Positions 34,690-48,390 of a stretch of DNA of 64,000 nt are shown here, piece by piece. The first letter of the stretch is position 1; every line of letters begins with the position of its first letter. The translations under genes were made by a program, and so were the position numbers. This DNA comes from Carcharhinus amblyrhynchos. Its lineage: Eukaryota. A model generated the notes under the pieces. It was not told the DNA's origin. It ran no database searches and saw nothing but the letters and a program-made list of their open reading frames with translations. The DNA is taken from the NCBI GenBank assembly GCA_965287045.1, contig CBDIYR020000003.1:8680001-8744000 (forward strand), written 5' to 3'.

Positions 34690-36944
34690 GGTGTCTGGTT
34701 TAGGATTCGGCACAAATTAGACAATATTTGAAATATGTTGACACTTCTGATATTAAAGCGGAAATGCATATCAGCGGAAACGTCACCTACTCCGAAATTA
34801 AGGGGCGTTTCCTAGCGACAGGATTGGTTCTCTCTCTGAACCGATGAGCGTCGGGGCACCAATCACTGTTACCTCTGGACTGATAAGTTCTGAGTTTCTC
34901 TTTCTCCCTGAATTTCTCGGGTTTTCCTGTTGTCTCTTCGTTTAGGGTCTGTCTTTCTCGCTCTGTCATTCCGCCTCTGTGCGACTATCTTCTTTTGCCT
35001 TGTTTCTGACCGTCTCTGTCTTCACACTTGCTCTACGCCCTTCTCTTTCTCCCATTTTTCCTAAAGTTCAGGGGGTCAGACATCTGATTTCTCCCACTCT
35101 TCCGTTTCAACGAGTCCACCAAATGATTCATTATATTGGAGCAGCAATAGTAGTTAAAGTCAATAACCAGAACTTGAGGAGAAATATTGTGATGGGAAGC
35201 TTTAAATTCAAATAACTAAATAACATAAGGAATGATTGTGAATCCAGATTCATATTTATATCTTGTGTTGTTATTTTAGAGGAGGCATTTAATCAGAATC
35301 TTGATGGTTTCATACTATTTAAAACGAACTTTTATAACCACTATTAATTCAATAACGCAAATCGCCAGCAACTAAAATAAAGTTGAGGTTTTCTCTCTTG
35401 TATAGTTTCAACTGCGCTAAATTACATTGCAACAGTAAAAGTATTAACAAGAATAATCCAACATAGTAGCACAGTGGTTAGCACTGCTGGCTCATAGCGC
35501 TGGGGACTCGATTTTGATTCCTGGCTTGGGTCACTGTCTGTGTGGTTTCTGCACATTCTCCGCTTGTCTGTGTGTGTTTCCTCCGGATGCTCCGGTTTCC
35601 TCCCACAGTCCAAAACACGTGCAGGTTAGATGCATCGGCCATGCTAAATTTTCCCTTCGTGTACCCGAACAGGCACCCGAGTGAGGCGACTGGGGGATTT
35701 TCACAGTACCTTAAATCAGTGTTGATGTAAGCCGACTTGTGAAACTAATACATCAACATAATAAAGTTAAAACTAATGCAATAAAGTCCTTTTGTAATCT
35801 GATAATTTGGTGTTGTTTCAGCAAATCGCCGCCAGATGGAGCTGCCTCGCTGCCTTTGTTTGTTTACACAGTAAAAATTCTGACAACACCAGGTTTTACT
35901 GCAGAGGGTACGGGAAGGATCACATTCTGATTGTGCGATTGGTTTGGTTCTCAGGGTATCAAGAGGCTCTCGGAAATCTTGTTGGTATCACGTTCTCAAT
36001 TATGTTATTTTTCTTTCCCTTTTTGAAATTCTTGATTGGAATTAGGCTATTGATTTTCAAATTGTACTCAGTTGTTTAGCTCTGTTTCTGTTGCCGCCTG
36101 TTCTTTTGCCTCTCTTTATCTCCCTCTATTGTATCTCTACTGATCTGCAACTGTTCCCGTCTAGTTTACAGTGTGCTTACATTAACACTGTAATGAAGTT
36201 ACTGTGAAAATGTCTTCGTCGTCACACTCTGGTACCTGGTGTACTGAGGGAGAATTTAGCATGACCAATGCCCCTAACCAGCACGTTTTTGGGCTATGGG
36301 AGGAAACCGGAGCACCCGGAGAAAACCACGCAGACACGGGGAGAAGGTGCAGACTCCACACCGGCAGTGACCCGAGGCTCAGATTGAGCCCGGCTCGCTG
36401 CCGCTGTGATGCATCAGTGCTGACCAATGCGCCACGGTGCCGCTTTGTCCCGTTTGATTCACCGTATGATCATCCATTTCCCTTGCTGTCCCCGTCTCTC
36501 CCTCATTTATCTCAATGTCGGCCTACTATTTATCTCCCTGTCGCAGCCTCATTTCTGTCATTTCCTTTCCTCGTGTTTGTTTCTCTGCATCTCCACCTGT
36601 TCTCTTCTACTTATGTCTCTCCTTACACAGTCTCGGCCTTTGATTCACTCACTGCCTTTCCATCCGTTTATCTCCATTTCTTCGCTTGTATGTTTCTTTG
36701 TTGATGCATTTGTGTCTCTCAGGGGATCTGCATCCAAATCCGCTGTTGTACAATCCATATATTGTTTTATTTACAGTCACAACCCTAGGAAATCTATTGT
36801 TCAGAAAGAAGGGTTCAGTGTGAACAGGTCACGCACATGACAATGAGATTAATGTTCTTGAGAAGCCGTCACAAGCCGACGTAAGAAATAACAAAAACAT
36901 TCAAAGTGAGAGATTTAAACCGATCAAATAAAACTGCAGCCATC

Positions 36945-37290
36945 CGAGGACTCTGGGTTTGTATTCGAAGGAGATTACGGGGATGAGGGGGGATCTCTTT
37001 GAAACTTACAGAATACTGAAAGCCTTGATAGAGTGGGTGCGAGGAAGATGTTACCATTAGTAAGAGAGACAAGGATCCGAGCGCACAGCCTCAGAGTAAA
37101 ATGACGGCCCGTTTGAATCTAGATAAGGAGGAATTTCTTCAGCCAGAGGGTGGTGAATCTGTGGAATTCCTTGCCTCAGAAAGCTGGGGAGGCTCGGTCA
37201 TTGAGTTTATTCAAGACAGAGATAGACAGGTTCCTGATTGGTGAAGGGATCAAAGATTATGGTGACGGGGTGGGAGAATGGGGTTGAGAA
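36945..37290 (+). mobile_element. CR1 LINE 3' fragment
   Basis: ttcttcagccagagggtggtgaatctgtggaattc; older inverted paralog at ~20175-20500. Confidence 0.78.
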
Positions 37291-38164
37291 ACACCACAGC
37301 GGCGTCACTGTGGCACAGTGATTAACATCGCTGCCTCACAGCGCCAGGGACCCGGGTCCGATTTCAGTCTCGAGTGACTGTCTGTGAGGAGACTGCCCTT
37401 GTCTGCGTGGGTTTTCTCCAGGTGCTCCTGTTTCCTCTCACAATCCGAAGATATGCGGGTTAGGTTGGTTGGCAATGACAAGTTGACCCTAGCGACAGGG
37501 AGTTAGCAGGGTAAATATGTGGCGCTACTGGGATGGAGCCTGGGTGGGGCTGAATCATTGGATAGAATCCCTACAGTGCAGAAGGAGGACATTTGGCCTA
37601 TCAAGCCTACACCGGCAACAATCCCACCCAGGTACTGTGCTAGCCCCATAACCTCACATATTTAGCTCCTAATCCTTCTGACATTAAGGGGTAATTTAGC
37701 GTGGCCAATCAACCTAACCCGAACATCTTTGTCGTGCTCGGTTCAGGATTGAGGAAGGTTCAGACTCGATGGGCCGAATGGCCTCCTTGTGAACTGTAGA
37801 GATGCGATGATTCTGCCGGGATTCTAAACATTTCGGCCATGATTGAATGGTGCAATGGACAGGATGGGCCGAATGGCCTAACTCTGCTCCTATATCTTAT
37901 CAGCAAAGCTGATTCTTCCCTCACACCACACACTGTACTCACTCAGTGACTATCTCCACTTTCAGACATTTAACACAGTTGGTTAAAGAGCCTCAGCCCA
38001 TCACTGAAACTCATTGAAATCTTATCTCAATCTATGACGGGTAGATTTCAGATTGTTTGATTGGACGGGAAGTTTGAGATCAGAAAGTGACTGTAAAAAC
38101 AGATTCTGTTCCGGCAGTGCTTGGAGTTTTAAAGGTAGTCACAGCCCCGGGCTCTGCAGCCGCC

Positions 38165-38734
38165 ATGGAGTTCCTCACTGTCTGCATTGTGTTCGGGCTG
38201 TTTCTTGTCTGTAAGCATGATTCCAATCTGGTTAAATGTTATCTGGATCTAAAACATTAACTCTGCTTCTCTGCAGTGATGTTTCCTGTCGCTGCTGAGT
38301 AATTCCGCCTTTATTTATTTTTATTTCATAACTCCAGTTATGTCGCTTGGACTGTAAAGTGTTAATATCATTTCAACAGCACATCCAACACATCATTCTT
38401 TTTCTCTTCTTGAACACGTTACAGATCCGAGTGATGGAGATTCTGTTTCTCAGCCGCAGTCTTCAGAGGGGAGAGAAGGTGAAAGCTTGACTATCCGATG
38501 TACCTACAACACTACAGCAAGTCAATATGTCTTATATTGGTACAGAAAGCAGCCACAGAAAGATTTGCAGTTCATTATATTGAAAAAATCCTGGAATGCA
38601 GAACAAGAAGACAGAGGGGAAGGTTTTGGATCCCGTTTCTCTGCTGGTCTCCAGACCTCGGCTAAATTAACTACTTTAACCATCTGGAGGCTACAGCTGA
38701 CTGACGCTGGCCGCTATTACTGCGCTTTCAGACT
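38165..38734 (+). CDS. TRAV/TRDV: TCR alpha/delta V segment (V12), inverted duplicate of V5: leader 38165-38210, V exon 38425-38734
   Basis: MEFLTVCIVFGLFLV|gtaag; TIRCTYNTTASQYVLYWYRKQP..DAGRYYCAFR. Confidence 0.94.
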
Positions 38735-38773
38735 CACAGTGATAGAAATCAGTCTCAGCCCCGTACAAAAACT
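38735..38773 (+). other. 23-RSS of V12
   Basis: CACAGTG - 23 - ACAAAAACT. Confidence 0.93.
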
Positions 38774-40176
38774 GCTTTGCAGCTATCATTGGGTGCTCCA
38801 GGCTGTTGAGGTTTCTGTGGAGAATCGCAGAAAGTAACAGCCAGATTGAGCAGCGGCGCTGTCAGCCGCTCAGACACACACCCCGAGGAAACCACATTAA
38901 CCTCGGATCAAACTGTCACCCAATTCAATCCAGGATCGGCTGAGACAACACACAGCAGAATCCCATCAGACTGAAAGGTTAATCAGCGAAAGAGCGAGAG
39001 AGAGAGCAGCTACCAGTTAAAGAGTTTATGTTTCGATTCCAATTGTTATTTGCTTCAATTCAGGCTTGTCTGGGAAGATCAGTTTCACCAAATAAAGGTT
39101 CCTCAGACTTAAAAATGTTTCAAAGCTGCCTGACAGCAGCTCACGGATTCCAGAGCTGTGAGATTTATCCCGGGAATGGGACGATAGAAAAGGGGGCGGG
39201 GCGGTAGGGGATATCTCCGGCTGACACAGGGAGTGATGAAGATGAGGTTGAGGGAGCGAACACAAGATAGGACAGGTGGGGAGAAATGTATGTCTAAAAA
39301 ACAGTTCAATCTGAGAACCGAGAAATAAGCAGTGATCAAAATAATGCAGCAGGTCAAAAAATGTGACTGTAAGGCAGGTCTGAGCAATATACAAGTGTAA
39401 ACTGGTGATAACTTGAAAGGTATGTTTTCCTATCCCTGTGCATACTTCCTGTTGAAACCCTGAGCAACGTGCCTATGCAGGTGAGCGTGGCCCAGTCTGT
39501 GCATCAGCTCAATGGCTCCCTATATTCAATGCTGCAATATCTGAGACGTTTAGCCATGGAGCTGTTTTAGGGATTCTTCAGTGGATAAGCCCTGTCACTG
39601 TCTGGTCCCTCTGCTTAGTATCTACGAAATTTCAAAGACTAGGTGGCTGAATGAGACCTCAGCAGAGCATCGGCTCAGTGCTCGCTAACTCTCCATGTTT
39701 AAATGTTTCATCAACAGCGCTATGCAGGCAAGTATGCCCTTACTCTCTAATCTGTACACTTCCTATATCACCCAATGCACCTATACACTTTGAGAGAGCT
39801 ATAAAAATCATTGACATAGGCAAGGGTGAGATTGAGCGGAATGATACTGAGACAATCCAACTGAGGGACAAAGATGAATACAGCCTGAGAGCAGTGAATG
39901 ATGCAGAGACACACCAAGGAAGGACATTGCTACAGATGAGTATTTATAAATACAGACACACATCAGAGGAGGCTGTGGTGCAGTGTTGTTTTAAATGGGC
40001 GAATCCCTGCTTTGAAACAGTGATACCTAGTTATAGATTCACCCAGAAGAGGAACTATCCTCTTCACATCCTCCTTGTCAAGACCCTTTTGTATTTTATA
40101 CATATCAATCAAATAGCCTACTCTTATTCTGAATCCAGTGGATATAAATCTTGTCTCTCCAGTCTTGTCTCTCCAG

Positions 40177-40750
40177 CTGGAGTACTGTGTGCAGTTTTGG
40201 GCGCCGCACCTGCGCAAGGATATTTTGGCCCTGGAGGGAGTGCAGAGGAGGTTTACTAGGCTGATACCGGAGTTGAGGGGATTGAGCTATGAGGAGAGGC
40301 TGAATAAACTAGGCTTGTACTCGTTAGAGTTTAGAAGAATGAGGGGAGATCTCATTGAGACGTATAAGATGATGAATGGGATGGATAGGATAGAGGTGGA
40401 GAGACTCTTCCTGCTCAAAAAAGACAGTAGGACTAGGGGGCACAGCCTCAAGATAAAGGGGAGGCGGTTTAGAACGGAGTTGAGGAGGAACTTCTTCACT
40501 CAAAGGGTGGTGAATCTCTGGAATTCTCTGCCCGTTGAAGTGGTGGAGGCTGCCTCGCTAAATATTTTTAAGAAGCGGGTTGATGGGTTCTTGATAAGAG
40601 AGGGGATTAAGGGTTATGGGGAGAGGGCGGGAAAGTGGAACTGAGCCACAACAGATCAGCCATGATCTTATTGAATGGCGGGGCAGGCTCGAAGGGCTAG
40701 ATGGCCTACTCCTGCTCCTATTTCTTATGTTCTTATGTTCTTATGTTCTT
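40177..40750 (+). mobile_element. Young CR1 LINE 3' end with open ORF2 C-terminus
   Basis: ORF 40138-40644 LEYCVQFWAPHLRKDILALEGVQRRFTR..FFTQRVVNLWNSLP; (TTCTTATG)n tail. Confidence 0.92.
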
Positions 40751-42091
40751 TCCTCATGAAATAATCCAGCCTTAAAAACAAAGCCTGAATGCCAGAAATT
40801 CACACGGATACACAGGATGGGAGACTAAAACTTAATGAAACTCAAGGATACACACACACAAACTGAGAGCTGCTCACTGTTACCAAAGAACCCGATATAC
40901 ATGCTTCCATTATACCATTAAACTTAACAATTAGAGTCCAGACATGAATTTGTGACCGAGCATTTGTTCCAATTCCACATCCCTGTTTCCATTCATTATT
41001 CGGTAGATCATAAATCTGTCTAACCCAAACTGAAATGTGTACAATGATCGAGCATCTACAACCCTCTGGCGAAGAGGATTTCAAAAATTCACTATCCTTT
41101 AAGTGAAGCAATTTCTCCTCATCGCTGTCCTGAATTATCAGCGCCTTATCCTGAGATTGTGCCCCGTGTTTTATCTTCCCGGATCAGGGAAAATAATGCC
41201 TCAGCTTCCACCCTATCAAACTCATAGAATCATAGAATCCCTACAGATTTTCAATGCTAACTATTCCTTCTCATTAAAGCTGTTGAGAATTTCCAGAATT
41301 TTCTGTTTTTGATTCAGATTCCAGCATCCTCAGATTTTGTTTTTATTCTGTTTAAAATACGGGGATCCAAACTGCACACACTATTCCAAATGTGGTCTCA
41401 ACAAAACCCTGAATAACTGTAGAAAGACTTCAAACACTTCAAAACTTAACTCCGCGCTCAAGGCTGGAAGGAGAGTTTGACAATGGATAATTCACACTGT
41501 GTACATTCCTGTAATCAGTAACTGGGTCAGGAAGATGAGATATCTCTGTCTCTTTGTACTATCATCTCTAAACTTCATCTCCTCTCAATGCCGTGTATCA
41601 TATATTCGCTTTCCTTGCTTTCCAGGCAAAGCCGGGGTTCACCAACTGTCTGTGCTTCTGTCAAGTAGCTAATTGGCTCTGGGAGCTGGACAGCCAGAGG
41701 GAGCAGAATGAGAGGCAGCGACAGAAACAGGAAGAGAAGCGATATGATAGCATTTGGTAAATGATTGTGCCAGTTGCTCTTCGTCTTGAATGCCTGCCGT
41801 GTGTTACCTTGTAAGTTTCACAGAAGCCACAGTGATGAGGTTGGTGGGATTTGGGAATTGAAGGTGTCACACGAGCAGCTTGCGGGACTATTTCACCTCA
41901 CTGTCGATTTCATGTTCTAGCGAACAGGAAACGCTGTTTATATTGGCTGATACTGTCCCTTGTGTTCCATCTAAACATGACAGTTGAAAGGAGAAGCTTG
42001 TTTTTGGTGAATCAAAAGTCTGAAGTAAAAAAAATGGAAGGCAGGTGGTTCATGGACAAATTAGTTTTTGTTTAAAGCGCTTGCATCAACT

Positions 42092-42163
42092 TCCCTGATG
42101 GGCTAGTGGTTAGGATATAGCACTTTCATTTCCGTGGCCCCGGTTCGATTCCTGGGTAGGGAA
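42092..42163 (+). pseudogene. Degenerate tRNA-Glu(TTC)
   Basis: TCCCTGATGGGCTAGTGGTTAGGAT..CTTTCAT..GGTTCGATTCC..AGGGAA; anticodon stem disrupted; flanks are paralogous to those of the 13664 copy. Confidence 0.8.
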
Positions 42164-42994
42164 TGTCGACTTACTGCTGTGTAACGACACTGCATTACTT
42201 CCTGGTCACCACACGTCTTGCCGAATCAGTGTCAGAAAGATTTCCTCTTTTGCGTCTGAATTGGAACTATCACCTGTAAAGAACAGAAGAGAGCGATAGG
42301 CTCCAAAGCGCTGATGATAGAAATGGTGATGCGGGTTAGGATATTGTTTTTTAATGGGGTAAATTTTATTGTTTCTACTGACATAAATATTTCGCAGATC
42401 TGGGTCCAAATCTCGGGCTCAATGACAAGAAATACTTTAACTGAATTAAACAGTAAACTCTCCGACCTCCAGTGAAGTGGAAGCAGTTTTTCACTCAGAA
42501 ACTGGTGGCTGTATTTAGCCTGTTTTCATATCATCTGTTCCACTGCTGAGGCCATACCAATTCTTCCGCTTGAAATCATTAATTCTATTAATCGTTTATC
42601 AGCTTCTAATCATGACTGGAACAATCCTTTTGTATTCCTTATGTTAATAATTCTCAGTCTGTAAGTGAATTTAAATAAGAGGCGTTTAGTTACGGTTAGT
42701 TATTGGGATTTGCCTCAGCTGGCAGGTTTCAGTTTACACTATTGAATGATACTTCGCTTGTATTTTCAACGTTAGCGCCGAGTGACTCCCAAATAAAGAG
42801 CAGCCAATTCTTCCCTCGTACAGCGAATCTAAAAATCAGCAGGAATCTGCCTTCGATGTGAACGGTTTTGAAAGGTGTTTATGTGGATTGTTCTCGGGGT
42901 TTGTGTTCACGGGAATACATTCACGTGTCAATGTCAGAACCGCTGTTATAAACGACACCCAGCAGACAGCAGCTGTGACCCAGAAACCTGCGGC

Positions 42995-44047
42995 AGTTTT
43001 TGTACGAGGATTTCATTCATTTTCATCACTGTGAGATTCTGTGCACAGTAATACGCCGCGGTGTCAGACAGCAGCAGCTCCGAGATGGTCAATCGGTACA
43101 ACTTTTCTGATTTCTCGATTGTATCAGAAAACCGGCTCTGAGCGAAATCCGCCTTCCATTCATCACCGCCGCTCGTATGCCTCCGGACTGCAAACTCGGG
43201 CTGTCTGCCTGGATATTGACGGTACCAGAATAAATAATATGCATCGTCGGTATAGGTGCAGCTTAAAGTGACACTTTCTCCCTCTGTCCGTGTGAGTGAG
43301 GATTCCTGCTGTGGAACAGAATCTCCATTGCTCAGGTCTGGAAAACACGGTAAAAGAAATAAAAATCATTCAGCTGAATTGAGGATGAAAATTCGCAGAC
43401 GATGTAATACAAAAATAGACATTAAATAACATCAAATTCGCCCCAACTGATCGACGTTCCGTTCAGAATCCCCGGAAGAATCCGCCATTTCAATGCCCCT
43501 GTCCCTTTCCCCCTCAGCGGCTAATCTTTCCCCATCCCAACTGTGTCCTTACTCCTCTCTTCAAGTGTTCATTCTGTTAATGTGAGTCACTTTCTACAGA
43601 ACTCCCTCGAAAGGAGATTCATTGTAATTTCCAGTTGATCTTTTCGTTTCACTCAAATTTATGGGATATCGATTTGGAATTCTCCCCGAATGGAATCATC
43701 CTTTCCCCGTCCACCGTACTGAACCTCTTCATCATTATAAATACATCAATCAGGTTACTCTTTAATCTTCTGCCAGAAGATAAATTAACCATAATGTTTA
43801 GATTGCATTCTGTTGATGTCATCTCCCAATTCTGGTATCAGGTTTGCTGTGAGTTTTGCCAGCCGATATTCCTGCAAGGAAAAGCCAAGGGCAAAGACTC
43901 AAGTGCTCTAAGGCAGGCCCGATGTCTGATTAACTGGAGCGCCCTGCTTTTCAAATTTATTCCTCTAGAAGTTACACTCCTTTTTAAAGAGTTAAACTTA
44001 CCGACAATGAATGTCACCCAGATCACAGTGAGGACCGAGCGCCGCAT
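42995..44047 (-). pseudogene. V segment (V13, V4/V6 family) with a single +1 frameshift: leader 44047-44002, V exon 43337-43034, RSS 43033-42995
   Basis: Intact leader MRRSVLTVIWVTFIV, intact splice sites and CACAGTG-23-ACAAAAACT; one extra G at 43280-43283 shifts the frame before the first Cys. Confidence 0.85.
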
Positions 44048-45745
44048 TGCTGCTGTTCCTGGATTCCAGGGACTCTTGTGTCTCCGAAAGCTCAGAATAT
44101 CAAACAAGATAAGGCTGAGACCATTGGCTGAGGCTGGTCTGATGTCACTTCCTACAGGACGTATAGCAGGAAGAGCTGAACTCTGATTGGTCTGACGTCA
44201 TTGACTTCAACGCAATTGTTGATTAGAGAGAACTGAGACATTGACCAGACACTCTGCTGTTCGGAGCGAGACGAGTAAACACAGCTAGGTTGATCCTAAT
44301 TGAGCTAAGGGACATTTTTACCTTCAACTGACCTGGAAGAAATCGCTTTGAAGAAGGAAATGCAAGTGTTGAATGTGGATGAAGATGTTCCGAGTATTTG
44401 AGTCACTGTCATTAATCAGACTGAGTTTGAGACGGGTGTCAATTGGGAAGATGATCTAAGATTTTTCCTGCGATAGTGCCAGATCAAACAGAGCGGGGAA
44501 ATACCACGAAAGTGAATAGGTGAAACTTCCAAATTTAGTGTATGTTAAAAAAGTTGGTTTATTAAATACACGTTAAAGGGTTGCATCCAATTGTTCAGTT
44601 GAAGTGAGCCTCACATCTAACTCCTCTGTTCGGAGCAGATGGGATCTATCTTGTGGATACATTCTCCAGACTCTCTCCTTTTCTGAGGGCTGAAAAATGT
44701 CTCCAAACGTACAAGACAAGTTCTCTGCTGATTTTCATAAAAGAAACAAAACGGTCCCTTGAAATATCACGGAGATGTTTTCTCTGATACTGTATTTCTG
44801 AGCTACACAGCCAGCAAAGAAGTAACAGATTCAGGACAAAAATCCCACACTGGGTGTTCCAAACAGCACTCGCATTGCTAAACAAAATCAAAAGTTCCGC
44901 CTCGAAAGTCTGAGTCACCAGCAGCCTCAAAACTAAAACAACGTCAAGAACATTTGCGGAATGGTACTAGTTAACTCCAGAGTACAGTTATATAAGAGCA
45001 ACTTTCATAAATCTATTTCATTACTTCATTGTACTTTTTTCCTTTCAATGTGTTTTCCGTGACTCTAACATAAAACAACCCTCTCTCCATATCCCCTCCC
45101 AGTTTTCTGGATCCTTTGACCGCGGCCTGCTCACACGGTTTAATTAAACAAAATGTGTTGCCGAATCAGAGAAAATGTATACACATTGTATAGATTTCGC
45201 AAAGTGGTGACTGTGATCTTTAAACCAACCCAAGTAGACTTTGTGCCCACTGAGCTTCAGAATGTTTCCAAAAGGTTGACGCGGTTCCTGTCAGAACTAA
45301 TAATCCAAATTTTTCTCATTTAATCTGCAGACCAGGATTATATTCCCCAACCACCTCTTCCTCCTCCCCCAGCCTCTAAAAGTGTCGCCATACCCCTGTG
45401 AAGGCACTGACTGTAGCGGGGCTCAGACCCTTTTCTTCCAAGTCAGCCCGAGATTACCCCCTACTGGTCACAAAGAACCAGAGACACATACGGAAGTGGG
45501 GCGAAAACATCCTGAGGGCAGAGAACAGATTACTAATGGCAGGGATTAGAACGGGTACCTTCAAATATGACTCTGAGCTGATTTGTTTGTCGGATTGAAA
45601 TCGACAGTTTGTTTGTGTAGCTGCTCCTGGGAACAGTTTCATTCGAAGTTGCTTTGGTTTTCTTTCTCTGTGCATTGTGGCTACATCGACCGCGATTTTA
45701 CACAAGCGACAACAGATAGCAGCTGCATTCTGCAGTAAAAAGGAC

Positions 45746-45784
45746 AGTTTTTGTACAGGGCTGAGCTTGTTTTCTGTCACTGTG
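45746..45784 (-). other. 23-RSS of V14
   Basis: CACAGTG - 23 - ACAAAAACT. Confidence 0.93.
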
Positions 45785-46247
45785 AGTCTGATAGCGCAGT
45801 AATACACGGCGGCGTCAGCCAGCTTCAGACCCCGGACAGTTAAACTAGTGAATTTCTTCTCAGTCTGGAGCTCAACAGAGAAACGGCTTTTGGCAAAATC
45901 GGCTTTATCTTCACCGCCTCCCGAGTGTTTCCACAATATAAACTCAGGCTGTGAGTCTGGGTGCTGCCGGTACCAGTATAGAGAGTAGGAGCTCCTTTTA
46001 GTATCATATTTACAATTTAAAGTCACCGCTTCTCCTTCTGTCCCAACATCTGAGGAAGGCGACTGAGTGACAGAATCTCCATAAATCAGATCTGAAAAAT
46101 AAATATAAAAAAATCTGACCGGCGACTGTTGAAAATTTTGTTTTACACCATGTTTCAAAAATGTAAAAAACAAAGTTGAAATGTGTGTGGTCCACATTTA
46201 CCTGTCAGAAATATTGCCCACACAACCCAGATGCTGAGCAGCCGCAT
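45785..46247 (-). CDS. TRAV/TRDV: TCR alpha/delta V segment (V14): leader 46247-46202, V exon 46091-45785
   Basis: MRLLSIWVVWAIFLT|gtaaat; GDSVTQSP..TLNCKYDTKRSSYSLYWYRQHP..DAAVYYCAIR. Confidence 0.95.
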
Positions 46248-48200
46248 TGTCTCTGTCTGCTCTGTAGAAGAGGAGTTGGGGATTTTGAAGACATGTTCTA
46301 AACCCCGCCCTCAGTAATCTGCTGTGAGTCTCAGGATGTTTTCACTTCACTTCCTGATGTTCCCAGTGACATTGAGAATAGGCAGGCTGGTGAGCTGGCT
46401 GCCAGTGGCTGGCTGCCAATGATTGGAAACACTCAGAGCCGGGGAACAGTCAGTGCTTTATGGAAGGAATATTTCCGTTTTACACAGCAGATGGTGACAG
46501 TTAAACCCGATTCTGATTATTGTGACCGTCAAACTCAGGCTTGCTCCAGGATTTGGTTCATTCAGGATCAGTCCGTTTAAGCCTTACCATCGGGGGAGTG
46601 GCTCAGTCATGACTGCGAGATTCCCCTCATGCAACACTGAGACAATTATTGAACACTTATTGCATTTTCTGTCGGAGTTGTTGATTGACTCACCACATTG
46701 CCAGCGTCCCTGCCGTTCGAAGAGAAACTCCCAATTTAAGGGTAAAGCGAGCATTTGTTGGTGAAGGAAGGGGCGGTTCTACCGCCGTTCAGCGGGTCTG
46801 ATAATCAGTTATGGAATCCTTCCCAACATAGTTCAAAGGAAGGGACATGTGTTTGTGACGATATGCTTAAAAAGTATACCTGCCGCTTTGGACAAAGGTA
46901 CTGGCTGTCACTATACATTCTGTGGAACAGTCTTGAAGAATAAACATTTCCACTAATGTAACGTCACTCAGTGGCACCTCTGTTTAAAATTATCAACTTC
47001 AATCGGGTTAGTTATCGTGTATTCAATGAGCCACGACCCTCGGAGTTTGGAATTTGTTGAAGAGATAGTAATGTCAGCACTTCCAGTAACTCCATAATCG
47101 TGTGTTCAAGACCCGAGAGCAAAGTTCAGACAGCAGATATAAAGTCCCCTGAGGATATGTAAAGCTTGTCCTCATTACCTATAATTCAATACCAGCCGAC
47201 TAGGAAAATCTTTTCAGTGTCACTTCCATTCATAAAAGAAATGAATATAGTGCTGAAATGATTACAGTGTAATAATTCAGAAATCAGCTCTCAAAATGGG
47301 TTTTCATTCACATTTTCATATCCTTTCCCACATCAGACACTCGTTCTGTCAATCGCTCTGGCCTCTGATCAACATCAGGCTCCAATCCTACTACAATGCG
47401 GGTGTTTTTGTAATGATTATTGACCTCTTTATCTTCTTCAAAACATTGAAGCAAATTGGGTTCAAGCATTTAAATTATCATTGCAAACAGTGCAGAAGGA
47501 GGATATTTGGCCCATCAAGACCGCATCCCTCGCAATCACACCGAGGCCCAGTCCCCACAGTCCCTATTAGTTTCCCTAACACAAGGGGCAATTTAGAATG
47601 GCCAATCAACCTAACTTTGGACTGTGGGAGGAAACCGGAGAACCCAGACGAGAATCAGAGGCTCTGGCGCTGTGAGGCAGCAGCACCAGGTGCCGCCATT
47701 GCTGCCTATTCGGAGAAATGTTCCAATGGCGATGGACAGAAGGGAAGAGAATCTTTGTTATTCATTGGCCTCGCCTGAGAGTTTCCTTTTGTGGATCAGT
47801 GGAATTTTGCCGGACTGATTTAAGATGCCGAGCAGAAAATTAGGTTCTGAATCGTTGAACTAAATATTGGGAAAAAAGTAAAACAACTGGAGGTGAAAAG
47901 TGGAAACTAGAGGCAGGAAGGGAAAGAGTGGGAAAATAAATTGAAAGGAACAAGGACAATTAACATGTAAACATTAAGGTTCCACAGATGTACTTGTGGA
48001 GTCTATTGTTAATATGTTGCGAATTGAAATCATAAAGTAATACAGTTCTAAGAGTGGACCTCACAATCTATTGTTGTGTTTTGTATTATTTGCAGGTTGA
48101 GAAAGATCCCTCTGGCTCTCACACCGCTGAATGAATTATTGCTGCTCTTCACCGGTGTGAGAGCGCCCTCTGCTGCTTAGTCTCTGGAGTTGTCGCTATG

Positions 48201-48390
48201 GAATTTTGACTGGGACCCGCGACATCTCTGCAGCAGTGTGGGGATTCATGGCATTGAAGTACACAGCGGAGTCGGAGAGCAGGACTTTGTTAATCATTAC
48301 TTCAGTGTTCTTGGTAGTTTTACTAAACTTTGATCTCAAAATTTGGGCTTGAAGTTTGTTATCCCCCCGAAGTGATAAAGCATGTGAGAG
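48201..48390 (-). pseudogene. 5'-truncated V fragment (V15, V7/V11-like flank)
   Basis: ..INKVLLSDSAVYFNAMNP (Cys replaced by Asn) then CACACTG-24-TCAAAATTC; 5' part replaced by a CR1 fragment. Confidence 0.78.

Noticed and set aside
35465-35530. tRNA-like A/B boxes
   Set aside because: tRNA-derived head of an HE1/V-SINE, not a tRNA gene
37306-37320. cactgtg/cacagtg heptamer pair
   Set aside because: Part of the SINE 5' head, with no nonamer at 12 or 23 nt
39651-40259. 202-aa ORF, paralogous to the ORF at 16776-17207
   Set aside because: Shared only because of recent duplication; it runs through antisense CR1 remnants and has no recognisable domain
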